Positions 48,147 through 56,599 of a stretch of 64,000 nt of DNA are shown piece by piece. Both the position numbers and the translations under genes were made by a program. The notes under the pieces were generated by a model that was not told where the DNA came from, did no database searches, and saw only the letters and a list, made by a program, of their open reading frames with translations. Source of the stretch: a virus; the IMG/VR virus record IMGVR_UViG_3300029448_000013, positions 9,263 to 73,262 of that record. The stretch is one strand, 5' to 3'. Numbering within the stretch: position 1 is the stretch's first letter; the number at the start of each line of letters is the position of its first letter.

Positions 48147-48411
48147 TGAGGAGTCAGAACAGGGACAGTAGTTGCATGGATAAGGATTCATATCCGATTC
48201 ATTGCTTAGAGTGTATTCCGGCTTCATCTAAGACTGATAACGCTGCTGCACATATTTGCATGTCGAACTTACTGTTTGTTCATCATCCCCAATTGTTCCC
48301 TTAAGGGGTGGAGTTGTAGGTCGAGGATTGCCCATCTTTCTGAGTTTATTTCAACTCGTTTGGTTACGGGTTTAGGACTACACCACTATTGTAGTCGCTC
48401 CTCGTTTACGT
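48121..48411 (+). ncRNA. Candidate structured RNA
   Basis: Many complementary segments by eye (GAGGAG/CTCCTC, ACAGTAG/TTACTGT, CTTAGA/TCTAAG, GACTACA/TGTAGTC); no ORF over 60 aa. Confidence 0.3.
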
Positions 48412-49152
48412 TCACTCTTCTTCCGAAGAGGCTTTTTCTCTTGCTTCTCTAAGCATTGCTATCGTTGATGGCTTGCATTCAGAGGAGTGGTTTGAGACAA
48501 CGTTGAACATACATTCAATCATTGGTTCTCCTATTGTCTTATCAAAGGACTCTGATGAAACAGTATCCTCAAACAATGCCTGTATTCTACCCATCAAAGG
48601 TGTGGGTAAGTTAACGAGTTGTTCTTCAAGCACTGAATCCTTCTGAACCTTGTCAGTAGGGAACTCAACAACGAACTTCAAGGTCGAAGAGAACGAATAA
48701 CAAGTGAAGAACACTGATAGTGATACATCTGTCTCACCTACATCGTTAGTAGTGATAACATGCTTGTTGGCTCTCCATGAAAGTTCATGAGGAACACCTT
48801 CTAACATTAGACACTCGCCTCTCCAAGATGGAGTAGACATTCTTGTTGTTTCAACTTTGATATCCTCAGATGTATAATCAACACCTTGCTCATTGTATTG
48901 CTCTTTTACTTTATCTGCTGTACTCATGCTTGTGAATGTAAGAGATACACCCTTGTCTGTTATGATTTTGTATATATATTTCTTATCGATTACTTCCTTC
49001 TCTTCGTATTGGATGTCTTCTATAACATCATCATACTTACCCATGTTGACTATTCCGACATTCTTCAATGCTAGATGTAGTAGGTCTTTCTCAGATGAGG
49101 AGAACCCGAAATCATACTCTATTTCTACTGTTCTTGTGTGTATGTAACTCAT
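48412..49152 (-). CDS. Hypothetical early protein
   Basis: 246 aa, ATGA-coupled to the upstream gene. Confidence 0.65.
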   Translation of the reverse strand: MSYIHTRTVEIEYDFGFSSSEKDLLHLALKNVGIVNMGKYDDVIEDIQYEEKEVIDKKYIYKIITDKGVSLTFTSMSTADKVKEQYNEQGVDYTSEDIKVETTRMSTPSWRGECLMLEGVPHELSWRANKHVITTNDVGETDVSLSVFFTCYSFSSTLKFVVEFPTDKVQKDSVLEEQLVNLPTPLMGRIQALFEDTVSSESFDKTIGEPMIECMFNVVSNHSSECKPSTIAMLREAREKASSEEE

Positions 49153-49328
49153 TCAATCAACTCCTGTATGTTTGAAAGTCCTGCTTTCAATTCTGCTATC
49201 ACTAAAGATAGGTCATCACCACGAACCTTGAGGCTCTTGATAATAAGAACGTGGTCAGAGCCTGATTTGGCTTGACCTAGTTCGATTTCATAGGCGGGCA
49301 TTTGTATGGGTACTTGTTGGGCTTCCAT
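49149..49328 (-). CDS. Small hypothetical protein (leaderless start MEAQQ)
   Basis: ATG lies 21 nt after the CATAAG box of the repeat. Confidence 0.6.
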   Translation of the reverse strand: MEAQQVPIQMPAYEIELGQAKSGSDHVLIIKSLKVRGDDLSLVIAELKAGLSNIQELIE

Positions 49329-49343
49329 GACTATACACAAACT

Positions 49344-49410
49344 CATCACCTTATGAGGTAGGTCGCTGCGCTCTACGAAAGTTGTCCTACCATATGGTGG
49401 TCAAACTTTG
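49344..49410 (-). promoter_or_regulatory. Dyad plus promoter repeat, copy 1
   Basis: ACCATATGGT palindrome with AAAGT/ACTTT flanks, then CCTCATAAGGTGATG on the minus strand. Confidence 0.7.
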
Positions 49411-49478
49411 TCTCAAGACTCACCTCAAAGACTGATAAATCAGTCTAAGGGTGGTCGCAGAGGTGCAGGACTACCTAA

Positions 49479-49967
49479 TCAGTTGTCCCCCTTGTGAGCA
49501 GACACGAAGCCCGCCTCAAGTTTGCTCATTAATGTATGAGCGACCATGTTCTCATTACTTCCCCATGATTCTAGAGGGTTACCATTCTCATCCTTACGGC
49601 CTGAGAAGGTTGTGTGATAATCGTATGCGTTAGCACCAAGAGTAATGGTAGTGATACCATCAACTGTCTCCATGCTTACAGTGTCAGACCAAATTGCTTG
49701 AAGTTCATCAGATAGCCTTGCAACTCCTGTTGCTCTGCTTGATGCTCTTCGGCCGTTCAAAGGTGAATCCGTGTATTGTGATAGGATATCCTTGATTGTT
49801 CTAGATAGCCTTACTTGCTGTCTAGGGTCTTTTGTACCCTGTACGATGAAGTTACTTGCCATCTCAGCAGTAAACTTATCTTCAGGGGCGGTCAGTGTTT
49901 CAACGTAGTTAACTACGGTCTCGCTAAATTCATTCCAATTTTCCATTGCCATTCTTTTCATCTCCAT
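49479..49967 (-). CDS. Hypothetical early protein
   Basis: 162 aa downstream of repeat copy 2. Confidence 0.65.
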   Translation of the reverse strand: MEMKRMAMENWNEFSETVVNYVETLTAPEDKFTAEMASNFIVQGTKDPRQQVRLSRTIKDILSQYTDSPLNGRRASSRATGVARLSDELQAIWSDTVSMETVDGITTITLGANAYDYHTTFSGRKDENGNPLESWGSNENMVAHTLMSKLEAGFVSAHKGDN

Positions 49968-50011
49968 TTAAGTGTGTATCGCACCTCTACGACTACAACC
50001 CTACGGAGAAC

Positions 50012-50067
50012 CATCACCTTATGAGGTAGTTTTGACAAAGTTTCACTACCATATGGTGGGAACTTTG
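50012..50067 (-). promoter_or_regulatory. Dyad plus promoter repeat, copy 2
   Basis: Plus strand CATCACCTTATGAGGTA...CAAAGTTTCACTACCATATGGTGGGAACTTTG. Confidence 0.7.
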
Positions 50068-50090
50068 TACTAGTCACCTCAAGGGGTAGA

Positions 50091-50118
50091 GAGGACAGCC
50101 CGCAAGGACTGCCCCCTC
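50091..50118. terminator. GC-rich hairpin between transcription units
   Basis: GAGGACAGCCC-GCAA-GGACTGCCCCCTC imperfect stem. Confidence 0.4.
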
Positions 50119-50201
50119 ATTCAATAACTCGTTAATGAGAGGCTTCTTTCATATCTGCCGTTCTTAACCTGCCCATTATACTCGATTAACGAGCCGTGAG
50201 T

Positions 50202-50495
50202 TTAAAAGTCTTGAATTATCAAAGAGTTGTTGCATTCTATAACTTGAGTCCATTCGCTGAGTTCTTCAAGGTCTTTGTATTCTTTACCGTATGCCTCGCT
50301 TATTTCCTTGAGGTCTTTGTATTCGCTGAAGTCGCAACATATAGCGATGACATCAAGTTCTATCTCCTCACCTATATCCTCTTCTAACTCAATTAAATAA
50401 TCATATAGGGAATAAAGACCGTCCCTGCTGAAGTTGTCGGGTCGTATTTTCATAAACGCATCAAGAAACTGGTGTTCATTTACATTCTGTTTCAT
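50202..50495 (-). CDS. Small acidic protein (leaderless start MKQNV)
   Basis: FSRDGLYSLYDYLIELEEDIGEEIELDVIAICCDFSEY resembles a common acidic phage family; ATG 21 nt after CATAAG. Confidence 0.7.
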   Translation of the reverse strand: MKQNVNEHQFLDAFMKIRPDNFSRDGLYSLYDYLIELEEDIGEEIELDVIAICCDFSEYKDLKEISEAYGKEYKDLEELSEWTQVIECNNSLIIQDF

Positions 50496-50510
50496 GACCT
50501 TAATGAAAAC

Positions 50511-50567
50511 CATCACCTTATGAGGTATGCTCACGAAAGTATGCCTACCATATGGTGGGGGACTTTG
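50511..50567 (-). promoter_or_regulatory. Dyad plus promoter repeat, copy 3
   Basis: Same two conserved blocks as copies 1 and 2. Confidence 0.7.
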
Positions 50568-50582
50568 TAAAGTGAAACGGCA

Positions 50583-50596
50583 CACCCCGAAGGGTG
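50583..50596 (-). terminator. C(UUCG)G tetraloop hairpin after the 50602 gene
   Basis: Minus strand CACCC-TTCG-GGGTG just past the stop codon. Confidence 0.45.
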
Positions 50597-50601
50597 GCGT
50601 T

Positions 50602-50883
50602 TTAATCTTCTAAGTCATCACCTTGACAGTCTAAGTCCTCAACATACGAGTCAACATCAACTGACAGCCACTTACCTGCACTGCATTTATCACAGGTGAA
50701 GTAGGCTTCAAACTCGTAGTCATCCACCTCGATGTAATCGCCTTTTCGTCTGTAATGGATACGCATGGGTATTCTGACTCTAACTCTAACATCCTCGACA
50801 CTGGTAGATTCATGCAAACACCCACTGTATCCATCAAGGTAGGCATGGTCAGCAGAAGTCATTCCATCGGGGTAGTTGCTCAT
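50602..50883 (-). CDS. Small acidic Cys-containing protein
   Basis: MSNYPDG...CLH...CDKC. Confidence 0.6.
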   Translation of the reverse strand: MSNYPDGMTSADHAYLDGYSGCLHESTSVEDVRVRVRIPMRIHYRRKGDYIEVDDYEFEAYFTCDKCSAGKWLSVDVDSYVEDLDCQGDDLED

Positions 50884-50925
50884 TCCCACAACTCCCATGT
50901 ATATTCATCAGTTTCAACTCTCATC

Positions 50926-51051
50926 TTAAGAATCAAGATTCTCACCTTCCCAACCACAGCACTCGCACCATGCATCTTCAATAAGTCCAAGATAAGCACC
51001 TGTAATTCTTACTTCTTTCTTACATCCTTCACATTCCATTTCGTATTCCAT
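50926..51051 (-). CDS. 41-aa Zn-ribbon micro-protein (not in ORF track)
   Basis: MEYEMECEGCKK...WCECCGWEG; abuts the upstream stop. Confidence 0.55.
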   Translation of the reverse strand: MEYEMECEGCKKEVRITGAYLGLIEDAWCECCGWEGENLDS

Positions 51052-51177
51052 TTAATCACTCTCCAATTCTGATAACCATTCATCAACTACACTAGCGACA
51101 TCATCAGGTATGTCTGCTAGTTGTATCGACTCACCATTCTCAAGCATTGCTTCAATAAACCAACTTACTATCTTCAT
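51052..51177 (-). CDS. 41-aa acidic micro-protein (not in ORF track)
   Basis: MKIVSWFIEAMLENGESIQLADIPDDVASVVDEWLSELESD; ATGA overlap and GAGGTGA RBS. Confidence 0.55.
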   Translation of the reverse strand: MKIVSWFIEAMLENGESIQLADIPDDVASVVDEWLSELESD

Positions 51178-51569
51178 TCTTCTTCACCTCTTTGCATCGC
51201 TCTTTCAAACGCATCGAACTCTAACTGATTTAATCTGACTAACCAGTTCTTGTATTCACTGTTAAACTTCCGCTTGTCGTATGTACTCACGTTGCATGAC
51301 CAATCAGCATCCATCAATCTCTGACAGAACTCAAGAGTCATTGTTTCATAAAAAGCACTCATCTTGTATATCTCATTAGCGAAATTACATAGTAGCATTC
51401 TGCGTCTGAACTCTTCAGGAGTGATTTTTGCTCCTCCATATCTAACACTCATGCTTCCAACACCTGCATTCTGTGCTAATAGACCAAATCCAAATCCATT
51501 AACTAACTGTATCTCGCTTTCGCTGAAGCCCTTCTCTATTCCGTTTACTATTCCTACTATTAGTGGCAT
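51174..51569 (-). CDS. Hypothetical early protein (leaderless start MPLIV)
   Basis: ATG 21 nt after CATAAG of repeat copy 4. Confidence 0.65.
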   Translation of the reverse strand: MPLIVGIVNGIEKGFSESEIQLVNGFGFGLLAQNAGVGSMSVRYGGAKITPEEFRRRMLLCNFANEIYKMSAFYETMTLEFCQRLMDADWSCNVSTYDKRKFNSEYKNWLVRLNQLEFDAFERAMQRGEEE

Positions 51570-51584
51570 GACCTTACACAAATC

Positions 51585-51633
51585 CATCACCTTATGAGGT
51601 TAGAGCGAGCAAAGTTGTCTAACCATATGGTTG
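51585..51633 (-). promoter_or_regulatory. Dyad plus promoter repeat, copy 4
   Basis: CATCACCTTATGAGGT...CAAAGTTGTCTAACCATATGGTT. Confidence 0.7.
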
Positions 51634-51695
51634 TGTTAAAATCAGACTTTACGCATGACAGCAGTTTTTGCGGTGGTCTAGTGGGGTGGAGGATT

Positions 51696-51726
51696 CTTTA
51701 TAAGGTGATGAAACGGTATATGGTCG
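51696..51726 (+). promoter_or_regulatory. Divergent copy of the promoter core
   Basis: CTTTATAAGGTGATG followed by GGTC at the same spacing as in the minus copies. Confidence 0.55.
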
Positions 51727-51859
51727 TTGAGACTCACCAGTGATATTTCACGGACAGTCTCTTATTTGTGCAGTAGTTTCTATACCCGCTTTTGTTAGAC
51801 AATCGCTAGTTGTCCTTATTTATTAATACCAAAAACTACTGACGATAGATAGAGTGTAA

Positions 51860-52245
51860 TTTGCATTCCCTATATGTATAGTATATCATATATGTCATAT
51901 GGATATCTTATCCCATATATACATACTACATATCGTAGTGTAATTACAACAATTTCTATTATTTTCATATATTCTCGATATTCTCATTGAGTGAGAAAAT
52001 TGAAATGTGGCTAAACAGTGTAGAATTAATGATTATAATTAATATTATCATATTATCATTATTATCATCATCTCTACTACTACTACTATGTTTCATATCT
52101 TCTTCTCTCTCTCTCCTATGGAGACCCTGATAAAATTGATAAAATGATAAAATAGAGCAAAAACGCTACACTGCTCTAAAGTTTGATTTTATCAGAGCCT
52201 GAGAATATTCGATAATAAACAATAAAAGCATAAACAGGTTGGAAC
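51860..52245. other. AT-rich origin-like region at the strand switch
   Basis: Imperfect inverted arms (51979-52023 and 52166-52207) around ATTATC, TAC and TC runs; three TGATAAAAT copies. Confidence 0.45.
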
Positions 52246-52249
52246 TAAT

Positions 52250-52567
52250 ATGACAGAAGAAAAAACAAATTGGGGTGCAAAGACACCAAGCAAAGCAGAA
52301 GATGCCATGACAGATTCACAGCAGAAGATTGCTGATGTGTGTGAAGAGATGAAGAGAATGCTTCTTCAGAAGAACAGACAGTATGGTGATTCAGTGTTGA
52401 ATCCTAGTAGGTTCTTTTCTCATGCAGACCAAGAAGAACAAATCAAAGTCAGAATCGATGACAAGTTAAACAGACTTGTTCAAGGTAATGACTCACTAGA
52501 ATCAGATGACGATATCATAATGGATTTGATAGGTTATCTGACATTACTACTTGTCTCAAGAAGATAA
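52250..52567 (+). CDS. DUF1599/Nmad1-like nucleotide-modification-associated protein
   Basis: KNRQYGDS...RIDDKLNRL...DIIMDLIGY pattern. Confidence 0.7.
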   Translation: MTEEKTNWGAKTPSKAEDAMTDSQQKIADVCEEMKRMLLQKNRQYGDSVLNPSRFFSHADQEEQIKVRIDDKLNRLVQGNDSLESDDDIIMDLIGYLTLLLVSRR

Positions 52568-52574
52568 GTAAATC

Positions 52575-53165
52575 ACACTCCACCAATGCTCGTAGAACCA
52601 AGAAGTCCTTAGCGGGATTTCGGGGAGCATGGAGATTCGGGGGTTTCCGAATAATTAGAAGGAAAGATACTAGGGTTGTAACAGAAACAACAAACGTCAA
52701 ATCTAGCGAAGAGACTAGTAGTTGTGAAAAACGAGTTCGTTCGATAAGGCTTGGTTCACTGTACTCATTTGAGAAGCGGTGTGTTAAATTCCAAGTCGTG
52801 GAACAATTGAATGGCTTTGCGCTATAAAAAATAAAGCAGGTTAATTCGGTTACATAATCAATAAATTGGCTTAGTGTTCTACCACTGAGCAGTTCCCTAC
52901 CCGTAGGTAAAGGCATAGGACTGACCTTCTTCCCCCCTCCCATTCAAACATCGGTTTACTGTGGTAAAAAATGCAAATCAATAGCAGTGTTGAGACTCAT
53001 CTCCCTCATGCATTTTTCCGATAACACACTCACAGCCTTCACTCACACTGTTGGCAAGAGCAGAGTTTGCTGCGAATAAAAAAGGTGAAGCACCTCGAAA
53101 GAGATATGATGTTGGGCAAAAACATTGTTAGCAACAAAGGGCTGTGGTGGCTCTCACCTTTCTCT
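52575..53165 (+). ncRNA. Candidate large structured RNA or RNA cluster
   Basis: About 600 nt without a plausible sense ORF and dense in hairpins with G-U pairs on the plus strand. Confidence 0.4.
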
Positions 53166-53201
53166 GCAATTACATTCAATTAACAATAGGAGACAATTAA
53201 A

Positions 53202-53774
53202 ATGAACATATTTACTTTAGACCAAAGCCCAAGAAAGAGTGCCGAACTAATGTTGGACAAGCATGTAGTCAAGATGCCGACTGAAAGTTTGCAGATGCTT
53301 TTCACAATAGTTGACTATCTAGGTTTGGAAGCAGGTTGGAAGCCTGTGATGTTGAATCACCCATCTACTATTTGGGCGAGAGAAACAAGACAGAACTTTC
53401 AATGGTTGCGTGAACATACCTATGCACTGTGCAGGGAGTATACTCACAGGTATGGTAGGATTCACAAGGTCGAAGTTCTGATGAACAGATATTCGACACA
53501 GATGGATGAGGCCGAGATGCTTCTTCCTGATGATGGTCTAACACCATTCGCTATTGCTATCTCTCCACACATGGAGTGTAGAAAGACAGATGGTTTCGAT
53601 GACATGTCAACAATCGAAAAGTATAGGCAATACTATCTTGATGACAAATGGAGATTTGCTCATTGGACAAAGAGAGAGAAACCTGATTGGTGGCCGCTTG
53701 ACCATCATTCAGTTAAGTCAAGAGAGTTTGACAAAACAAGCAATGCTTTTCTGAAGCAGTTGGGATTGATATGA
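53202..53774 (+). CDS. Pyrimidine-dimer DNA glycosylase-like protein (T4 endonuclease V family)
   Basis: MNIF.LD...DKHVVKMPTESLQML, NHPSTIWAR, LCREYTHRYGRIHK. Confidence 0.8.
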   Translation: MNIFTLDQSPRKSAELMLDKHVVKMPTESLQMLFTIVDYLGLEAGWKPVMLNHPSTIWARETRQNFQWLREHTYALCREYTHRYGRIHKVEVLMNRYSTQMDEAEMLLPDDGLTPFAIAISPHMECRKTDGFDDMSTIEKYRQYYLDDKWRFAHWTKREKPDWWPLDHHSVKSREFDKTSNAFLKQLGLI

Positions 53775-53941
53775 GAATAATTAGAGTAATTAGAAAAGAA
53801 GAAACATGTAATGTTTGTGATGACACAGGAACGGCAGTTTTACAAACCGCAGATGGTGAGAAAGAACCTGTCCCTTGTCTGTGTCTGTGTGAACCTGACT
53901 ATGACGAGTGGTTAGCACTGCATGGAATTGAAGAAGAATGA
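53771..53941 (+). CDS. 56-aa Zn-finger micro-protein (not in ORF track)
   Basis: CNVCDDTG...PCLC; ATGA overlaps at both ends. Confidence 0.6.
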   Translation: MRIIRVIRKEETCNVCDDTGTAVLQTADGEKEPVPCLCLCEPDYDEWLALHGIEEE

Positions 53942-54228
53942 AAGGCTACATCCGATTTACTAACGGCATTGTATCTATTGAAGAGATGCAAGCATTTACT
54001 TGGAGACCGTTAGATGAGGATGACCCTTTGATGGGTAGATTCAGGAATAGAGAACACGAACACATTGAGCGTTTCTTTAGTATCCTGATTTTCCTGCGTG
54101 GAGGTCAGAAGTTTATGACAGCCACAACTAAGAATAACTTGAATGATATGATTAAGAGATTCAAACATAATAATAATGGTGAACAATATGAATATAATAA
54201 TGAAAATATGGAAGAGAAAAACTCTTGA
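53938..54228 (+). CDS. Hypothetical protein
   Basis: 96 aa, coupled start. Confidence 0.6.
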   Translation: MKGYIRFTNGIVSIEEMQAFTWRPLDEDDPLMGRFRNREHEHIERFFSILIFLRGGQKFMTATTKNNLNDMIKRFKHNNNGEQYEYNNENMEEKNS

Positions 54229-54481
54229 AGATGAGTATAACGATTTAACTAATTGTACTCTAGATGTTACTAAGATGTACTACGGTGAAACCTATGAGAG
54301 CATCATAAAACTGGCTGGAACGCCGAGCATCAACTTTCTACTAAGAAAGGAACGTGTGTATCTTGAGATACTAAAGAAGAAGAGAGTAGAAAGAATCTTG
54401 ATGACAATCGCCAAGTCAATTGGTGGTTTGTTTCAAGCGTTGATTCCCAAAGACGAATTTAATGGGAGGTATGAAAAATGA
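54188..54481 (+). CDS. Hypothetical protein
   Basis: GGTGA RBS; start uncertain. Confidence 0.5.
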   Translation: MNIIMKIWKRKTLEDEYNDLTNCTLDVTKMYYGETYESIIKLAGTPSINFLLRKERVYLEILKKKRVERILMTIAKSIGGLFQALIPKDEFNGRYEK

Positions 54482-54663
54482 AAGAAGTAATAGAAATAAT
54501 GAAAATAAAAATGAATGATATGAAAGACGCATTGTTGTTCGGTAAGAAGCCGGACATCATGAAAGACCCTGCACACTGGCGAAGAGTGTTTTGGAGAGCA
54601 GGACATGAAAAGTCTCTAGAAATGTTAGAAGAGACAGACAGACAAGGATACCCTTGGAGGTGA
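54478..54663 (+). CDS. Hypothetical protein
   Basis: 61 aa; GGAGGT RBS and ATGA overlap. Confidence 0.6.
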   Translation: MKEVIEIMKIKMNDMKDALLFGKKPDIMKDPAHWRRVFWRAGHEKSLEMLEETDRQGYPWR

Positions 54664-54667
54664 AGAA

Positions 54668-54913
54668 ATGGATATGGTAGAATTTAGATTAGTAAATGAC
54701 CCGACAATGCCACCGATAATCATAACGATGGATGAGAACGATATACCGAAAGTGGTTCTGAATGCAGAACATAGAGTTTGGCTATCACTACATCGTAAGA
54801 CCATCGGTGGTTGTGCAGAGGCACTGTTTGGTAAAATAAACGAACTTCTTACTGCTTTCTTAGCAGAGCAGAGAAGTTATGAATTAATGGATAGAACTGA
54901 TGAGCATGAGTAA
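54668..54913 (+). CDS. Hypothetical protein
   Basis: 81 aa; GGAGGTGA RBS. Confidence 0.65.
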   Translation: MDMVEFRLVNDPTMPPIIITMDENDIPKVVLNAEHRVWLSLHRKTIGGCAEALFGKINELLTAFLAEQRSYELMDRTDEHE

Positions 54914-55025
54914 AGAGATTGGAAGATGTGCTAATTGTAGGAGGATGGGAGTATTATGGAAGTCCTACACCGGAAAAGGTGTTTACTGCAAAGCATGTTC
55001 CATGAAAGAGTATGTAGGTGAATAA
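54906..55025 (+). CDS. 39-aa Zn-finger micro-protein (not in ORF track)
   Basis: MSKEIGRCANCRR...YCKACSMKEYVGE. Confidence 0.5.
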   Translation: MSKEIGRCANCRRMGVLWKSYTGKGVYCKACSMKEYVGE

Positions 55026-55027
55026 AA

Positions 55028-56146
55028 ATGAATGATGAATATATTACAGCAAAAAGAGAATTAGGCGAAGGTAGATGGGACAGGAAACTAAGGCAGAACA
55101 TGACTGCACTTTCTGTCGCAGACAACTATGATGATGCAAAGCATGAGTGGATTGCAACAGGAGAAGTTTGGTGGCAAGGTATTGGAACTCCAAGACCTGA
55201 TTGGGCATTGAATCATCCTAACCAGTGTTTGTGTAGTCATCGTATTGTCTACCATTTTGAGATACATAATACTGAGACTGGTGTTAGAGAGTGTGTTGGT
55301 TCAGACCACATCAACTCCTACATGATTCTCAGAGCGATTGTAGAAGAGACAGGTATCAGTGCAGATGCAATTACAGAAGACATGATTCAGGAATGGATTG
55401 ATGTTCGTGTTTCTGCGTTGATGAAAGATGCTTGGTGGAGACATAACGGTGAAGAATTTGAGAGAAGATTCAATGAGATAAAGGAGTTGGACTTGAGAGT
55501 GAATGTTCGCAGAAGCGGGCGTAAAACGTTTGACCAATCACTAGGAATAAGTATCGATGAGACTAAGATTCGTAAGAAGGGTCGAGGTCAACTAGGTACT
55601 AGTGATTACGAGATGGCATCAATTGTTTGGCGATGGAATCATCCTGATAATCCGAAGGCTCAGATACACACAAAGGGTTTTCCGAACGAGAAACTAATGT
55701 CTGATTTGGATATCTTTCACATGTTGATTGATAGACACAAGGCAACTGTTGCAGAAGAGGATGAAAGGATTGAGACTCAGCAATTGAAGAATGCAGAGTA
55801 TCGAAAGCAGATTCAGATTAGGAATAGTGTTCTTCGGGAAAAGAAAGAACATGAGTTTGTTGAGTCATGCAAGTATTTTGATATTCCTGTGTTTAAATCT
55901 GACATGGGAATTAATGAATGGGAGAAGCGATTCTTAACAGACATGGAAAGTAGAATTATCAGGAGAAGAGAACTCTCACAACGGCAGATATTAAAACTGA
56001 AAACAATAGTGAGTCGCTACAATGATAAGCCCACTGAGCGTCAGGTGAATTACCTGCGGGCTTTGGGGTATGAAGGAGACTTTACTGTATTAACAAAAGG
56101 TGAAGTATCTGCATTAATTGATGAACTAAAGGAGGAAACAATATGA
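55028..56146 (+). CDS. Hypothetical protein with Cys/His metal motif and C-terminal small helical domain
   Basis: CLCSH...VGSDHI; PTERQVNYLRALGY...LTKGEVSALIDEL. Confidence 0.7.
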   Translation: MNDEYITAKRELGEGRWDRKLRQNMTALSVADNYDDAKHEWIATGEVWWQGIGTPRPDWALNHPNQCLCSHRIVYHFEIHNTETGVRECVGSDHINSYMILRAIVEETGISADAITEDMIQEWIDVRVSALMKDAWWRHNGEEFERRFNEIKELDLRVNVRRSGRKTFDQSLGISIDETKIRKKGRGQLGTSDYEMASIVWRWNHPDNPKAQIHTKGFPNEKLMSDLDIFHMLIDRHKATVAEEDERIETQQLKNAEYRKQIQIRNSVLREKKEHEFVESCKYFDIPVFKSDMGINEWEKRFLTDMESRIIRRRELSQRQILKLKTIVSRYNDKPTERQVNYLRALGYEGDFTVLTKGEVSALIDELKEETI

Positions 56147-56373
56147 CAAAAAAGAAAGAAACAAAAAAGGAAGAAACGAAGATAGACGCAAAAGATGCTA
56201 GGATTGCAGAACTAGAGCAGTTGCTCTTGCAGAACAATGCTAACATTCAGACTCTAGTGAACACAGCCAACAATTACATTGGTCTGTGCCAACACTACGA
56301 GCAAACAATAAACATCTTGACCGGAAGGATTCAAGAGATGCAGACTGTTAAAGAACAGAATGCAAACAAGTAA
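56143..56373 (+). CDS. Small coiled-coil protein
   Basis: Heptad pattern; GGAGG RBS. Confidence 0.6.
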   Translation: MTKKKETKKEETKIDAKDARIAELEQLLLQNNANIQTLVNTANNYIGLCQHYEQTINILTGRIQEMQTVKEQNANK

Positions 56374-56398
56374 AACAAAAAAAACGGAGGAAATGAAA

Positions 56399-56599
56399 AT
56401 GAAATTGTATATAGCAAATGAAAGAGGACACACGGAAATGATAGTGAATGCCACCAGTGTTATCGAGCAGATAACCGACCACCCTACACATTGGGTGTTT
56501 GTCGATGGTGATATGATAATGAGGGAGAACATCCCCGAAGTTAATTGGGAAGAAGTCACTGAAGTTCGTTTACAAGAAGCAGTCATTGGCGGCTTCTGA
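56399..56599 (+). CDS. Ubiquitin-like (ThiS/MoaD/SAMP-like) small protein
   Basis: 66 aa; WVFVDG and EVRLQEAVIGG-F parallel ThiS/MoaD V.VNG and EV..P.V.GG; GGAGG RBS. Confidence 0.6.
   Translation: MKLYIANERGHTEMIVNATSVIEQITDHPTHWVFVDGDMIMRENIPEVNWEEVTEVRLQEAVIGGF

Noticed and set aside
49344-51633. Repeats as a CRISPR array
   Set aside because: Copies are 0.5-1 kb apart, separated by whole genes, internally variable, and no cas genes are present.
52515-52943. 142-aa minus-strand ORF
   Set aside because: Opposite to local gene direction, overlaps the Nmad1-like gene end, no motif; the plus-strand structure explains the region better.
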